In this document: positions 6,949 through 17,105 of the stretch, one piece after another
How positions within the stretch are numbered: position 1 is the first letter of the stretch
Layout: each line of letters begins with the position of its first letter
Virus record (IMG/VR): IMGVR_UViG_3300020000_000006
Location: 1 to 36,053 of that record
Strand: one strand, 5' to 3'
Length of the DNA: 36,053 bases
DNA from: a virus
Translations under genes and position numbers: made by a program
Notes under the pieces: generated by a model
Databases searched by the model: none
Seen by the model: the letters and a program-made list of their open reading frames with translations, nothing else
Told to the model about the DNA's origin: nothing

Positions 6949-9115
6949 TGACGACAAAGAAACTCACGCTCGGATAAAGAAAAATGTATCCGAGGCTTAT
7001 CTTTATTTCAAAGATAATTATACACGCTTCCATGAATTTAGAAATTTTGTCTTTAATACCACTATTTCTGACAATCAAAAAGTTATCTTACGCAAATTAA
7101 GCAAGCCTATACTCGAAGCCAATATCAATGAAGCTTACATATCTCGATTGCTTGGTGAGTTTTCTAAACATGAGCCTTCAATAGAAATCACTCCATCAGA
7201 AGGTGTTCCCATTGGCCATGATGTCATTGATATAGTTGAAGGGCATATCAGGCACATTATTTACGAAGCTAATAAAAATAATATGGCTTATGAAGTATAC
7301 AAGGACATCCTGTCTGGTGGTTTTTCGGTCATTAAAGTATGGACTGACTATGCTTCACAAATGTCATTTAAACAAGTAATTAAAACCGCCAGGGCATTTG
7401 ACCCCACATTATGCGGTTTTGACCCGATGGCGCGAGCTTCCCATAAAGCAGACGGCAAATATTGCTTTGAAATATTCCCTATGGATTTAGAAGATTTTGA
7501 ACAACAATTTCCCGATGCAAAAATAAATAACTTAACATTCATGCGTAACTTAGAAGAATTCAACTGGTCATACAAAAACGATCAAAATAAAAAATTTGTA
7601 GTTATAGGCGATTATTACGAGAAGAAGAAGAAAAGAACCAGGATTGTAGAGCTAGCTAATGGGCGCGTCATGAAGTTACGTGATTATGAAAAGCTAAAAG
7701 TATTATGGGAACAAGAGCAAGTAATAGAGCAAATACCAATTATTAAGAACAAAAGATGGACAGAAATAGAAACAATATGCCGTTATAAAATATCAGAATG
7801 CGAAATATTGGAAGAAGAAGAAACCGATTACAGTTATTTGCCATTAATATTTGTCGATGGAAATTCAATTATTTTGAATCAAGGTTCGGGTTCAACATCA
7901 ACCTATCAAATGACAAGGCCCTATATATACCAAGCTAAAGGTATGCAAGAACTTAAAAACTTCTCTATGCAATGCCTAGGTAATTACCTTGAAAATATGG
8001 TGCAACATAAATTTATTGTAAAAAAAGAAGCTATACCACAAGAAGAGGATTACCTTGACGCATTAAATAACATACAAGACGCGAATACTATTGTCGTTAA
8101 TGCCTACAGCGAAAATAACCCTGATAAACCAATACATGACCCTATACGCGAAGTTCAAACCATACCTGCACCACCTGAAATCATGGGAGCATTCCAAGCA
8201 GCAGATGCAACTACACAAACTATTTTAGGTAGTTATGCTAGCAATCTTGGTAAGAACGATAATGACTTGTCTGGGAAAGCAGTAATAGAATCAGCAACCG
8301 TGGGAAATGCAGCAGCAATGCCCTACGTAATAGGATATCTAGCAGCATGGACACAATTAGGCTGTGTGATAGTCGATTTAATGCCAAAATATTATAAAGG
8401 CATTCGAGACATCCCCGTAGTAAGTCAAAAAGGTGAGGCAGATTATAAGCGCGTAGGTGATAAAGTATCCCCAGCATTAGAATATGATGAAGGCTCTTTG
8501 ATTGTAAATATTGAGGCAGGTGTTAACTTCCAAGTGCAAAAGAACCAAGCTTTACAACAAATGACGGCTTTAATGGCAGTTAGCCAAGAATTTAATGAAT
8601 TCATGAATTCTCCTTTAGGTTTACCAGTACTCGTTAAAAATATGACTGTCTACGGCTCCGATGAATTACAAGAAGCTGTGCCTAAATTCTTAGAGCAGAA
8701 ACAACAGCAACAACAACAAGCACAACAAATGCAGCAACAAGCCATGATGCAAAATCCGCAAATGATTAGAGCGCAAGCTGAAATGCAAAAAATACAACAT
8801 CAAACCGAGCAGGCCGAAATAGAAAATCAAATACAAATAGCTAAAACAGCTATTGAAAAAGAGCTTGCTGACGCCAAAATATTGGAAGCTGAGGCAAAAG
8901 TTTCACAGAGTCAAATTGATAGCGCAGTGAGATTAGAAGAGGCACAAACTAGTTTAGAAGTGCATAGCTTAGAAACAGCTGCAAAACTAGCAGAAATTAA
9001 ATCACGTGAGCATTCACATAAAATGGCAGAACATAAAAATGCCAGGGAACATATGAAATTAGCTCATGATTTAAGCAAAGGAAATAGGGATATCAATGCA
9101 GAAGAAAAAGGATGA
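6932..9115 (+). CDS. Portal protein, P22-like, with a long C-terminal coiled-coil barrel
   Basis: 727 aa, directly after terL (17-nt overlap). The core is collinear with P22 gp1 by eye (for example IGDYYEKKKKRT versus P22 IAEFYEVVEKKET). It has a Q-rich helical C-terminus (QQQQQQAQQMQQQAMMQNPQMIRAQAEMQK...). Confidence 0.85.
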   Translation: MSNKDNDDKETHARIKKNVSEAYLYFKDNYTRFHEFRNFVFNTTISDNQKVILRKLSKPILEANINEAYISRLLGEFSKHEPSIEITPSEGVPIGHDVIDIVEGHIRHIIYEANKNNMAYEVYKDILSGGFSVIKVWTDYASQMSFKQVIKTARAFDPTLCGFDPMARASHKADGKYCFEIFPMDLEDFEQQFPDAKINNLTFMRNLEEFNWSYKNDQNKKFVVIGDYYEKKKKRTRIVELANGRVMKLRDYEKLKVLWEQEQVIEQIPIIKNKRWTEIETICRYKISECEILEEEETDYSYLPLIFVDGNSIILNQGSGSTSTYQMTRPYIYQAKGMQELKNFSMQCLGNYLENMVQHKFIVKKEAIPQEEDYLDALNNIQDANTIVVNAYSENNPDKPIHDPIREVQTIPAPPEIMGAFQAADATTQTILGSYASNLGKNDNDLSGKAVIESATVGNAAAMPYVIGYLAAWTQLGCVIVDLMPKYYKGIRDIPVVSQKGEADYKRVGDKVSPALEYDEGSLIVNIEAGVNFQVQKNQALQQMTALMAVSQEFNEFMNSPLGLPVLVKNMTVYGSDELQEAVPKFLEQKQQQQQQAQQMQQQAMMQNPQMIRAQAEMQKIQHQTEQAEIENQIQIAKTAIEKELADAKILEAEAKVSQSQIDSAVRLEEAQTSLEVHSLETAAKLAEIKSREHSHKMAEHKNAREHMKLAHDLSKGNRDINAEEKG

Positions 9116-9443
9116 CGATTTTGTAAGCCTATATGACTGGCAACCGACTTTTGTTAAGCCTAAATTTCGTGCAAAGTCAAAATGGAGACAGGAACAAAAT
9201 GCTAAAGAAAATCGCGGAAGAGATTATAAACCTGGGCGTGATGAGTGCATTAAGATACGAGCTTATTTAAATAATGATGTGCCTGATGAATTTATTATAG
9301 AAACATTTGCTATTAATAAACTTATGCTAAATAAAATAAAACATGGCATTTATGATCCGTCAGCAGTAAGACAGAAATTAATAAGTTGCGATCGCAAACC
9401 CTATAAGCGAAAAAATAATAAGACCATACTAGATACTGAATAA
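9096..9443 (+). CDS. Hypothetical basic protein, possible HTH
   Basis: 115 aa. ECIKIRAYLNNDVPDEFIIETFAINKLMLNKIKHG looks HTH-like. It overlaps the portal stop. Confidence 0.5.
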   Translation: MQKKKDDDFVSLYDWQPTFVKPKFRAKSKWRQEQNAKENRGRDYKPGRDECIKIRAYLNNDVPDEFIIETFAINKLMLNKIKHGIYDPSAVRQKLISCDRKPYKRKNNKTILDTE

Positions 9444-9469
9444 TCATCATGAACATATAAGGAAATATC

Positions 9470-9649
9470 ATGAGCAAATATCAAATATCAATAACCGACC
9501 TAGATACACAGCATGGCATAACAAAGCTAGAACGTGATGGTTTCTCTAAAGAACAAATTATGAAAACGATGTATAAAAAAACCGAAGGTATGCCACAAGA
9601 CAATAGAACAGAATTAGTATCGAAGTTATTTGATAGAAAAGAGCGCTGA
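9470..9649 (+). CDS. 59-aa hypothetical protein (below the ORF-track cutoff)
   Basis: MSKYQISITDLDTQHGITKLERDGFSKEQIMKTMYKKTEGMPQDNRTELVSKLFDRKER. AAGGAA lies upstream. Its TGA is 2 nt before the next ATG. The listed reverse ORF 9481..9663 is its shadow. Confidence 0.6.
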   Translation: MSKYQISITDLDTQHGITKLERDGFSKEQIMKTMYKKTEGMPQDNRTELVSKLFDRKER

Positions 9650-9651
9650 TC

Positions 9652-9909
9652 ATGGCACGTCACGAGAAGATTTTACAAATAATTCCAGTTAATGACTTAT
9701 GGAACGAGCATTCTAGCGGAGAATATACTTATTATGAGCGTGTTGCCTGCCTAGCATTAGTAGAGATTTTAGAAGAAGAGTCTGCACATAAATATCGAGT
9801 TATACAACCTATTAGCGTGGACGAGATAGAATCACAAAATACAAACTTTTATGAGACGATTTATTCTAAGGAAAATCCGAACATTAATTGTTTTGAAATT
9901 AAAACATAG
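9652..9909 (+). CDS. Hypothetical acidic protein
   Basis: 85-aa ORF, tightly packed in the operon. Confidence 0.55.
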   Translation: MARHEKILQIIPVNDLWNEHSSGEYTYYERVACLALVEILEEESAHKYRVIQPISVDEIESQNTNFYETIYSKENPNINCFEIKT

Positions 9910-9918
9910 GAGGGCTAA

Positions 9919-10113
9919 ATGACAGATAAAAAAGATGGTAATTTTATAAAAAAAGCGATTAAACATCCTGGCGCTTTACGTAAAAAATTAAAAGTAAAAG
10001 AAGGGGAAAGCATTCCGGAAAAAAAATTAATTAAAGCAGAACATAGCAAGAACCCAACAACAAGAAAGCAAGCTATTTTAGCTAAAACATTGAAACAAAT
10101 GCACAAAAAATGA
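9919..10113 (+). CDS. Small basic protein, DUF3008-like
   Basis: IKHPGALRKKLKVKEGESIPEKKLIKAEHSKNPTTRKQAILAKTLKQM matches my memory of the DUF3008 pattern (kkPGAL...lg...g.kIP...L.kA). AGGAGG lies upstream. Confidence 0.55.
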   Translation: MTDKKDGNFIKKAIKHPGALRKKLKVKEGESIPEKKLIKAEHSKNPTTRKQAILAKTLKQMHKK

Positions 10114-10144
10114 TATAATTAATAAAAATAATATGGAGTATTAA

Positions 10145-10422
10145 ATGGAGTATGTAATTGTAAGGTGTGATAGGGCTGGTGTATTTGCAGGATTTATAGA
10201 ATCCAGAGATAAGGATGAAGTAGTTCTCCTACAGGCTAGGCGTATTTGGTATTGGGATGGCGCAGTATCATTATCACAATTAGCTATGGAGGGTACTAAA
10301 TGCCCTGAAAATTGCAAATTTCCTTGCCTAGTAGATAAGATATTATTAATTGGTGTGATTGAAATATTAAATACAACGGAGAAAGCCAGAGAATCTATAG
10401 AACAAGTGCCAGTGTGGTCTGC

Positions 10423-10426
<4 letters not shown>
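10145..10426 (+). CDS. Conserved-looking phage protein of unknown function (ARRIWYWDGA motif)
   Basis: MEYVIVRCDRAGVFAGFIESRDKDEVVLLQARRIWYWDGAVSLSQLAMEG. I recall this motif family in many phage genomes but cannot name it. GGAG lies 6 nt upstream. Confidence 0.65.
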
Positions 10427-10650
<224 letters not shown>

Positions 10651-10747
10651 TTTATAAATTGATTAATAAACATTATTTTTCTATAGATGAATTAAAATTA
10701 ATATTGCAATGATACATAGAGAGAATTAATCTTATAAAGGAAATAAA

Positions 10748-10903
10748 ATGCCACTCATCAAAGGCTCTAAGGCCAGAACAAAAAAAGGATTTTCTTCCAA
10801 TATTAAAAAAAGCATGGACGAAGGAAAGTCACAGGCTCAATCAGTAGCCATTGCATATTCAGAGGCAGGCGAACAAAAAAAGAAAAAAAATAAAAGAAAA
10901 TGA
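10748..10903 (+). CDS. 51-aa Lys-rich small protein (below the ORF-track cutoff)
   Basis: MPLIKGSKARTKKGFSSNIKKSMDEGKSQAQSVAIAYSEAGEQKKKKNKRK. AAGGA lies upstream. Its TGA overlaps the next ATG (ATGA at 10900-10903). Confidence 0.55.
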   Translation: MPLIKGSKARTKKGFSSNIKKSMDEGKSQAQSVAIAYSEAGEQKKKKNKRK

Positions 10904-11088
10904 ATGATTTATTATTAGCATTATTAAGAGAACAACAAGACATGACAACTTTATTACAAATGAGACTAGAAGAGGCAAAAATGAAAAGAAAAGCTGAGAA
11001 AAAAAGAAAATCTATTGCACAAGAATTTATAAAAGAAGACAAAAAACAAGATAAGAAAATGGTTAAAAAAATTATGAAAAAAGATTAA
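10900..11088 (+). CDS. Lys-rich coiled-coil small protein
   Basis: 62-aa ORF, translationally coupled to the previous gene and followed by a terminator. Confidence 0.5.
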   Translation: MNDLLLALLREQQDMTTLLQMRLEEAKMKRKAEKKRKSIAQEFIKEDKKQDKKMVKKIMKKD

Positions 11089-11094
11089 TTTTAT

Positions 11095-11115
11095 GAGGGG
11101 TTAGACTCCCCTTTT
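11095..11115 (+). terminator. Intrinsic terminator closing the small-gene island
   Basis: GAGGGG-ttagact-CCCCTT followed by TTatatg. It starts 7 nt after the stop at 11088. Confidence 0.55.
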
Positions 11116-11150
11116 ATATGCTATGATATTTAAATAAATATAAAAAAATA

Positions 11151-11178
11151 TTGACTTTTAAATAGACAGTAATAGAAT
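11151..11178 (+). promoter_or_regulatory. Sigma70-like promoter for the scaffold/coat operon
   Basis: TTGACT (11151-11156), 16-nt spacer, TAGAAT (11173-11178). It lies just downstream of a terminator and about 100 nt upstream of the scaffold ATG. Confidence 0.45.
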
Positions 11179-11279
11179 GAAAATATTACGTAGCCATACG
11201 ACAACCTGGCCGGCTCTTTAGAACGTCATACTATCGGAAATATTACGGCGACACCGTGACAGTCAATGAAAGGATTTAT

Positions 11280-12023
11280 ATGACCGATGATTTACAGGCT
11301 GATTTAGAGTCAGCTGTGGAAAACATTGAACAAGAAGATTTGGGTAGCGGTTCGTCCGATGATGCATCTAGTAAAGCTTATGATAGCAATACTGTCAGCA
11401 AAATCGTTAAACGCGAACAGCAAAAAGCTTATGAACGCGGTAAACGAGAGGCACTTATGGAATTGCAACAGCAGCAAGAGCAACAACAACCAGCTCAAGC
11501 AGCTGTACCTATGCAACAACCACAACAACAATCGTTAGGTGGCATGCCTCAAATGTCAGAAGATGACATAAGACGCATAATATCTGAACAAACACCGCAG
11601 TTCTTACAAGAGCAAGCACAGCAATTTAAAAACCAACAAACCGTTGATAGTTTTGTTAATAAAATGCGTGCAGCCGAAGAACGTTATCCAGGAATAGAAG
11701 AACGTCTTAATGACTTAAATTTTGATAGTCTAGCCCCTGTAGTACAGATGGCTAATGACATGGAAAATACAGCAGACATTATGCACGAACTTCTAGAGCA
11801 CCCCATGAAAATGGGAAATCTTGTCACATTAATGTACACACAGCCTCGCCTTGCACAAAAAGCTATGTTTGATTTGAGCAATTCAATTAAGCAAAATCAA
11901 GAAGCTATGCAAGAAATGAATCAGTCACGTGAACCGCTAAGTCAATTAAAGCCTTCTTCTAAAGCAGGGATTGATAATAGCAAAATGACTGTGTCAGACT
12001 TTCGCAAGATGTTTAAAGGCTAG
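11280..12023 (+). CDS. Scaffolding protein
   Basis: Helical, Q/E-rich protein encoded immediately upstream of the coat gene. ATG 11280 with AAAGGA 5 nt upstream is preferred over GTG 11256. Confidence 0.65.
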   Translation: MTDDLQADLESAVENIEQEDLGSGSSDDASSKAYDSNTVSKIVKREQQKAYERGKREALMELQQQQEQQQPAQAAVPMQQPQQQSLGGMPQMSEDDIRRIISEQTPQFLQEQAQQFKNQQTVDSFVNKMRAAEERYPGIEERLNDLNFDSLAPVVQMANDMENTADIMHELLEHPMKMGNLVTLMYTQPRLAQKAMFDLSNSIKQNQEAMQEMNQSREPLSQLKPSSKAGIDNSKMTVSDFRKMFKG

Positions 12024-12083
12024 ATGTCTCACAGGAGATAGCTTTATCAATTCTAGGATAAAATTATAATCTGGAGAATTGAC

Positions 12084-13409
12084 ATGGCAGTTCCAACTAA
12101 TATTTTGCAGAATGTACAAACATACATGAAAGCAGAACTTGCTTTTCTATTAAATTCATTCTATGCAATAAAAAACACCAATAAAAAATTCAAAGACTTC
12201 AACACCACTGCTCCAAGTAACTTAGGTGATACCGTAACATTTGATGTAGCACCACGCTTCATTACGTTTAACGGTCTAGTAATTACCCAACAGCCTTCAA
12301 CGCAAAGATTACAGTCTTTAGCATGCACCCAAGCATTTAACGTATCTACTGGCTACACCGACCAACAATTCATATTTAATGTACGTGATTATATGGATAG
12401 ATTTGGACGTGCTGCAATGTATGAACTTGGCTCTAAAGTTGAAGCAGATATTTTAAAGAATTTTGTTTCAGGCGTTCGGATAAATGACCCACAAAATCCA
12501 AGTTTTGGTGCTTTACAAACTGCATCAGGACCATTTAGATTTTTTGGTGATGGGGTAACTCCTATTAATTCTTATCAACAATTAGCACAAATGGTAGCTA
12601 ATTTTAGAGCATTCGGTGCAGCTCCTAATGATATGCAAGCCGTGTTGCCTGTTACTGCAATTCCACCAATTATTGGTACTGGTCTTAATCAATTTGCATT
12701 AACTCGTAACAATGAAGATGCGATGTCTTGGGAATTAGGCAGGTTTGCATCAACTGATTGGTTCGAATCTAATTTATTACCTACGCATGTTTCTGGAACT
12801 ATTGGAGATACTGCAGCGCCAAATAATATTATGACTGTAGTTTCTACCAATGACCCAACAGGAAATAATGTAACACAAATTACATTTACTGAACCGACGG
12901 GTGGCACTGATGCAAATGCTATCAAAGCTGGGGATTTATTTCAGTTTAATGACGGTGTAACAAACTTGCCAAACTTGCGTTTCTTAACCTTTATTGGTCA
13001 TGAACCAACTAGCTTGCCTGTGCAATTCCGTGCTACTGCTGATGCGGCTACGGTAGCAGGAACTGTGACTGTTACTCTACAAACTGTAAATACCGTTGGA
13101 TTAGTATGGGCGCAAACCGCTAATCAAAATTTAAACACAGCTATACAAGCTGGAATGACAGTTACTCCACTTCCTTCCCATGTTGCAGGATGTATGATGT
13201 CTGGTAATCAGTTCTATTTAGCAATGCCTAGATTGCCTGATGAATCACCATTCACTACAGTACAAATGCAAGACGAAGAATCTGGAGCTGCAATTAGGCA
13301 TTACTTCGGTAGCCAATTTGGTCAAAATAACCGTGCTTATGTAAGGGATGAAATACATGGCTCATGCTTAGTTCCTGATAACTGTATGCGCATAATATTC
13401 CCGCTATAA
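12084..13409 (+). CDS. Major capsid protein, P22 coat-like
   Basis: 441 aa, placed after the scaffold gene. The N-terminal pattern ..FKDFNTTAPSNLGDTVTFDVAPRF.. resembles the P22 gp5 family. GGAG lies upstream. Confidence 0.75.
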   Translation: MAVPTNILQNVQTYMKAELAFLLNSFYAIKNTNKKFKDFNTTAPSNLGDTVTFDVAPRFITFNGLVITQQPSTQRLQSLACTQAFNVSTGYTDQQFIFNVRDYMDRFGRAAMYELGSKVEADILKNFVSGVRINDPQNPSFGALQTASGPFRFFGDGVTPINSYQQLAQMVANFRAFGAAPNDMQAVLPVTAIPPIIGTGLNQFALTRNNEDAMSWELGRFASTDWFESNLLPTHVSGTIGDTAAPNNIMTVVSTNDPTGNNVTQITFTEPTGGTDANAIKAGDLFQFNDGVTNLPNLRFLTFIGHEPTSLPVQFRATADAATVAGTVTVTLQTVNTVGLVWAQTANQNLNTAIQAGMTVTPLPSHVAGCMMSGNQFYLAMPRLPDESPFTTVQMQDEESGAAIRHYFGSQFGQNNRAYVRDEIHGSCLVPDNCMRIIFPL

Positions 13410-13430
13410 TAAATATAGCTCATAACATGA

Positions 13431-13460
13431 ATATGGCGTTTAAATACGCCATGTTATATT
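13431..13460 (+). terminator. Hairpin after the coat gene (terminator/attenuator)
   Basis: ATGGCGT (13433-13439), a ttaaat loop, ACGCCAT (13446-13452), then gttatatt. Confidence 0.4.
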
Positions 13461-13476
13461 AACTAAGGAGTTAAAA

Positions 13477-14229
13477 ATGCCTAATTTACCTTTCGGTGTG
13501 GTGCCTTTTCTTTATATTAATGGTCTTGAGATATCAAATAATGCAACTACGCCCAATACGTTATTAAACATAGCTGCTGGACAGGCTCGTGATTCAACGG
13601 ATGTATATCAGCTAGTGTTATCATCCCCTGTAATAATTAATGCAGCGAATAGAGGTCTTAATGGTTTAGATACAGGAACTTTTGCAGCTTCAAAAATTTA
13701 TGCAGTGCATTTAATTTCAGACCCTGTTACCGGTCTTGCTACGGGAGCTATGCTTTCTTTATCTGCCACAGCACCTTTAATGCCCTACGGTTATTCTGCA
13801 TTTAGATTAATTGGTTATGCAATGACTGATTCCTCTGTGCATTTTCTACCTGGCTACTGGTCTGGCAATAATAACTTACGTTTATTTATGTACGACGCTC
13901 CTCAAGCAAGCAATATCACTGCCGGAGCGTCCACCACTTACGCAGCAGCAACTTTAACCAATCTAGTGCCTGCTGTAGATAATTTGCCTGTATGGTTTGC
14001 GGTAGATTTAACACCGGCTGCTGCAAGTAGAGTTATGTCTATGCAGCCATTCGGTGGTACAGGTGATGCGATACAAATTACCTCGCAAGTAACGGCTGTT
14101 CACGTAACCGCTAATGTGCTAGTACTTTCTAAATTAGATGCTGGTGTGCCTAAAGTGAATTACAAATGGTCGGCTGGTGGCGGTGATGCAGTGGCGATAA
14201 ATGTAGCTGGATTTGAATTTTATATCTAA
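13477..14229 (+). CDS. Virion structural protein (decoration- or fibre-like beta domain)
   Basis: 250 aa, lying between the coat gene and the gp4-like gene. The motif GLNGLDTGTFAASKIYAVHLISDP..SATAPLMPYGYSAFRLIGYAMTD is one I recall from phage fibre-type proteins. Confidence 0.5.
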   Translation: MPNLPFGVVPFLYINGLEISNNATTPNTLLNIAAGQARDSTDVYQLVLSSPVIINAANRGLNGLDTGTFAASKIYAVHLISDPVTGLATGAMLSLSATAPLMPYGYSAFRLIGYAMTDSSVHFLPGYWSGNNNLRLFMYDAPQASNITAGASTTYAAATLTNLVPAVDNLPVWFAVDLTPAAASRVMSMQPFGGTGDAIQITSQVTAVHVTANVLVLSKLDAGVPKVNYKWSAGGGDAVAINVAGFEFYI

Positions 14230-14295
14230 TCTAGCTTAGGCAAAATAGGAGACGGTGGCCTTTTTAAGGTCACTTGGCCAAGGAGGGCTACCATT

Positions 14296-14997
14296 ATGTC
14301 CTACACAGCATTACAGCTTATTACAAAATCTTATTATCTATCACAAATAGTAAGTAGAGGCTTGCAAACTGTATCTGGTGAACAAATAACCGATGGCCTA
14401 GCGTTGCTTAATGCATTACTAGAAGTCAAAGGTTCAGATATTAGATTGATACCTTATTTCCAGCGCTATGCTTTTCCACTTGTCGCAGGACAAGAAGAAT
14501 ATTTCATACCTAATTTATTGGCTATTGAAAGCTTAACTTTTAATCTAGGTGATGTACGGTTTCCTATGGACAAAATCCATAGAAAGCAATATTTCGGTAA
14601 TGGTCGTGTAGACAATATAACCAATCTTCCTTTTTCATGGCATGTAGAGCGTGAACTTGGTGGCAGTAGAATATTTGTTTATTATTTGCCAGGCGATGCA
14701 TATATCGCAAAACTTACCGGCAAATTCTCTCTTACGGACGTAAATCTTAATACGGATTTATCCTTAGTTTACGACTTGTATTACATAGAATACTTACGTT
14801 TTGCATTAGCTGAATATATTTGTGCAGACTGGGGCGCTACGTTTCCCGACCAAGCAGCAATGAAATACAAAGAGATTCGTAAAAAATTATTAGATGTTAG
14901 TCCACCTGATTTGACAATACAAAAAGTGTCATATTTCAATACAAATAGTGTATTAGATTGGCAGGCGATAAATTTGGGCCGTGGGTGGTACCCATAA
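14296..14997 (+). CDS. Head-to-tail adaptor, P22 gp4-like (tentative)
   Basis: Based on position before the gp10-like gene and on the N-terminal pattern LQLITKSYYLSQIVSRGLQTVSGEQITDGLALLNALLE, similar to the start of gp4-type adaptors. Confidence 0.45.
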   Translation: MSYTALQLITKSYYLSQIVSRGLQTVSGEQITDGLALLNALLEVKGSDIRLIPYFQRYAFPLVAGQEEYFIPNLLAIESLTFNLGDVRFPMDKIHRKQYFGNGRVDNITNLPFSWHVERELGGSRIFVYYLPGDAYIAKLTGKFSLTDVNLNTDLSLVYDLYYIEYLRFALAEYICADWGATFPDQAAMKYKEIRKKLLDVSPPDLTIQKVSYFNTNSVLDWQAINLGRGWYP

Positions 14998-15062
14998 TAG
15001 TCAAATAGAATATTAAATACACAATAAATTATTTAATCAAGCAAAGAATAAAAAGGGATTAA

Positions 15063-16688
15063 ATGGCTCTACCTAGCGGTACACAGCAGATACAACACCT
15101 ACCCATAAAAATTGTTGGCGGTAACCATTTCGGTCGCTATCCAAAAATTAGTATAGAACAAACATTCAATATGATAATAAGTGATGAAACGCTCATTGAT
15201 TATTCTGGCTATAAAAATGTTTTAACCCTTGCAGAAGATGCAACAGGAAGAGGAGCTTACGTTAGCTCTATTCGAGATATTATCATTGCAGTAGTTGGCA
15301 ATACAGTATACAAGATATCATTTATAGCAGGTGACTTAGTAAGCGTTCCAGTAGGGGTATTAGCCACTTCAACAGGCCAAGTATTTATAGCCGAGAATAA
15401 CGCTAACCAAATAGCTATCACCGATTATGTAAATTTATATATTTATAATTATGGCACAGAGGATTTTTTCACATCAAATGCGGGTGGTCCTTTAGGATTT
15501 CCATTTCCAACAACTGGCGCACCTTATGTTAATCCAGGCTTTGTATCATTTCAAAATGGTAGATTTATAATAGCATTAACTAATACATCAACCTGGATTC
15601 TTTCAGATTTTAATAACGGCCTATCCTGGCCAGCCGATGCAGCACATACAGGCTCTTTACAAACTAAACCCGATTTTGTACAAGCAGCGGTTCCCTTTCC
15701 TGGGCGAGGCAATACCTTATTTGTGATTGGCAATAATGTTATAGAGTCTTGGGTAGATGTAGGTTCTGCAAAATTTCCATACCAAAAAGCAACCTCTTTC
15801 AATATCGATTATGGGGTTATAAATCCTTCTACTATTTCGCCTTTAGAAAACTTTATAGTATGGCTATCTATCAATGAGCAATCAGGGTTAGCTATCATGG
15901 TAACCGATGGCGGAAGCATTCGAACTATTTCAACCGATGGTATAAATTTTAAATTAGGAAAATTAAATAATCCTGAAAATTGCACAGGATTTCTATTTAG
16001 GCAAGATGGTCATTTGCTTTATCAATTCACTTTCATTGAAGACAATCTAAGTTATGTATATGACTTTACAAGCCAGATGTTTTTTACTGTAACCGATGAA
16101 CATTTAAATTACCATATAGCCCGTGATGTTGTATTTTTTAACAATACCTATTATTTTGTATCTATAAATGACGGCAATCTCTATGAATTTAGTACTAATT
16201 TTAGTTATTTACAGTACGCAGAAGACAATATAAAACAAATGCCAAGAATTCGCATAACCCCACCTGTTAGATTTCCTAATAATCGATACTTTGTGACCAA
16301 GAAATTGCAATTTTTAATGGAAAATGGACAGCCCAATAACATACAAACTTTTATACACCAAGGCAATGTGGTTGCTGAAACCATAGCAACTGAGTCAGGT
16401 ATAATCTTGGCTACAGAAGATGGCGACCAAATAGGAACCGAAGAAGTTATAAGCGCTGATGACACGATATATCAAGTAGCTTCCGAGCGCATATTATTAT
16501 CAAAATCAATTGATGGTGGTGAAAATTTTGGTAGTAGCATAAACCAAGACATGAATCCCACAGGAAAAAGGCGTGGCCTAATTGAATTTCAAAGACTTGG
16601 CATGCAAAATGATTTAACTTATAAGATAGAATTTAACGGCTTTGGTCGCTTTGTCGTGGGTGATGGCATAATAGAAGTTTACCAGTGA
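15063..16688 (+). CDS. Tail hub / packaged-DNA stabilisation protein, P22 gp10-like
   Basis: The C-terminus ILLSKSIDGGENFGSSINQDMNPTGKRRGLIEFQRLGMQNDLTYKIEF parallels P22 gp10 LFLSATTDGINYGREQMIE..VLWKRVGRIRRLIGFKLRV. Size and position also fit. Confidence 0.6.
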   Translation: MALPSGTQQIQHLPIKIVGGNHFGRYPKISIEQTFNMIISDETLIDYSGYKNVLTLAEDATGRGAYVSSIRDIIIAVVGNTVYKISFIAGDLVSVPVGVLATSTGQVFIAENNANQIAITDYVNLYIYNYGTEDFFTSNAGGPLGFPFPTTGAPYVNPGFVSFQNGRFIIALTNTSTWILSDFNNGLSWPADAAHTGSLQTKPDFVQAAVPFPGRGNTLFVIGNNVIESWVDVGSAKFPYQKATSFNIDYGVINPSTISPLENFIVWLSINEQSGLAIMVTDGGSIRTISTDGINFKLGKLNNPENCTGFLFRQDGHLLYQFTFIEDNLSYVYDFTSQMFFTVTDEHLNYHIARDVVFFNNTYYFVSINDGNLYEFSTNFSYLQYAEDNIKQMPRIRITPPVRFPNNRYFVTKKLQFLMENGQPNNIQTFIHQGNVVAETIATESGIILATEDGDQIGTEEVISADDTIYQVASERILLSKSIDGGENFGSSINQDMNPTGKRRGLIEFQRLGMQNDLTYKIEFNGFGRFVVGDGIIEVYQ

Positions 16689-16726
16689 TTGCAAAACATA
16701 CAATAATTATTTAGAAGAGAATTGAA

Positions 16727-17083
16727 ATGGCAGCATTACCAACAAACCCAATCATAATACCCAATTTGCCCATAGGGCGTATCGTAGATGATGATGGCAA
16801 TCCTACGGATGAGGAATTGATATTCAGGCAGCAACTAATTTCCTCATTACAGCGTGTAATAGGGGCTGAGGGATTAGTGGCTCCATCCCAGACAGCAGTA
16901 GATATCGCAACAATTGCAACACATCAAGTGCCAGACCCTTCTAACCCGGCTAATTCGGTTTATACGGTTGACTTTGGTACAATACTTTATGAAGTAGATG
17001 CAGCAACCCCCGAAACCACTATGAAAGTTATAGTTGACGATGGCACTGGCGTACCCGTTATAAAAACATTTACACTAACATAA
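16727..17083 (+). CDS. Small virion-associated protein (tail plug or accessory?)
   Basis: 118-aa ORF in the tail/ejection block. Confidence 0.45.
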   Translation: MAALPTNPIIIPNLPIGRIVDDDGNPTDEELIFRQQLISSLQRVIGAEGLVAPSQTAVDIATIATHQVPDPSNPANSVYTVDFGTILYEVDAATPETTMKVIVDDGTGVPVIKTFTLT

Positions 17084-17105
17084 TTAGTAAAGATAAGGAT
17101 ATCAA

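Noticed and set aside
8690-8770. CAA/CAG-rich tract in the portal gene (also 11470-11530 in the scaffold gene) as a non-coding simple repeat
   Set aside because: It is in frame and encodes poly-Gln helical segments consistent with the coiled-coil portal barrel and the scaffold. It needs no separate feature.
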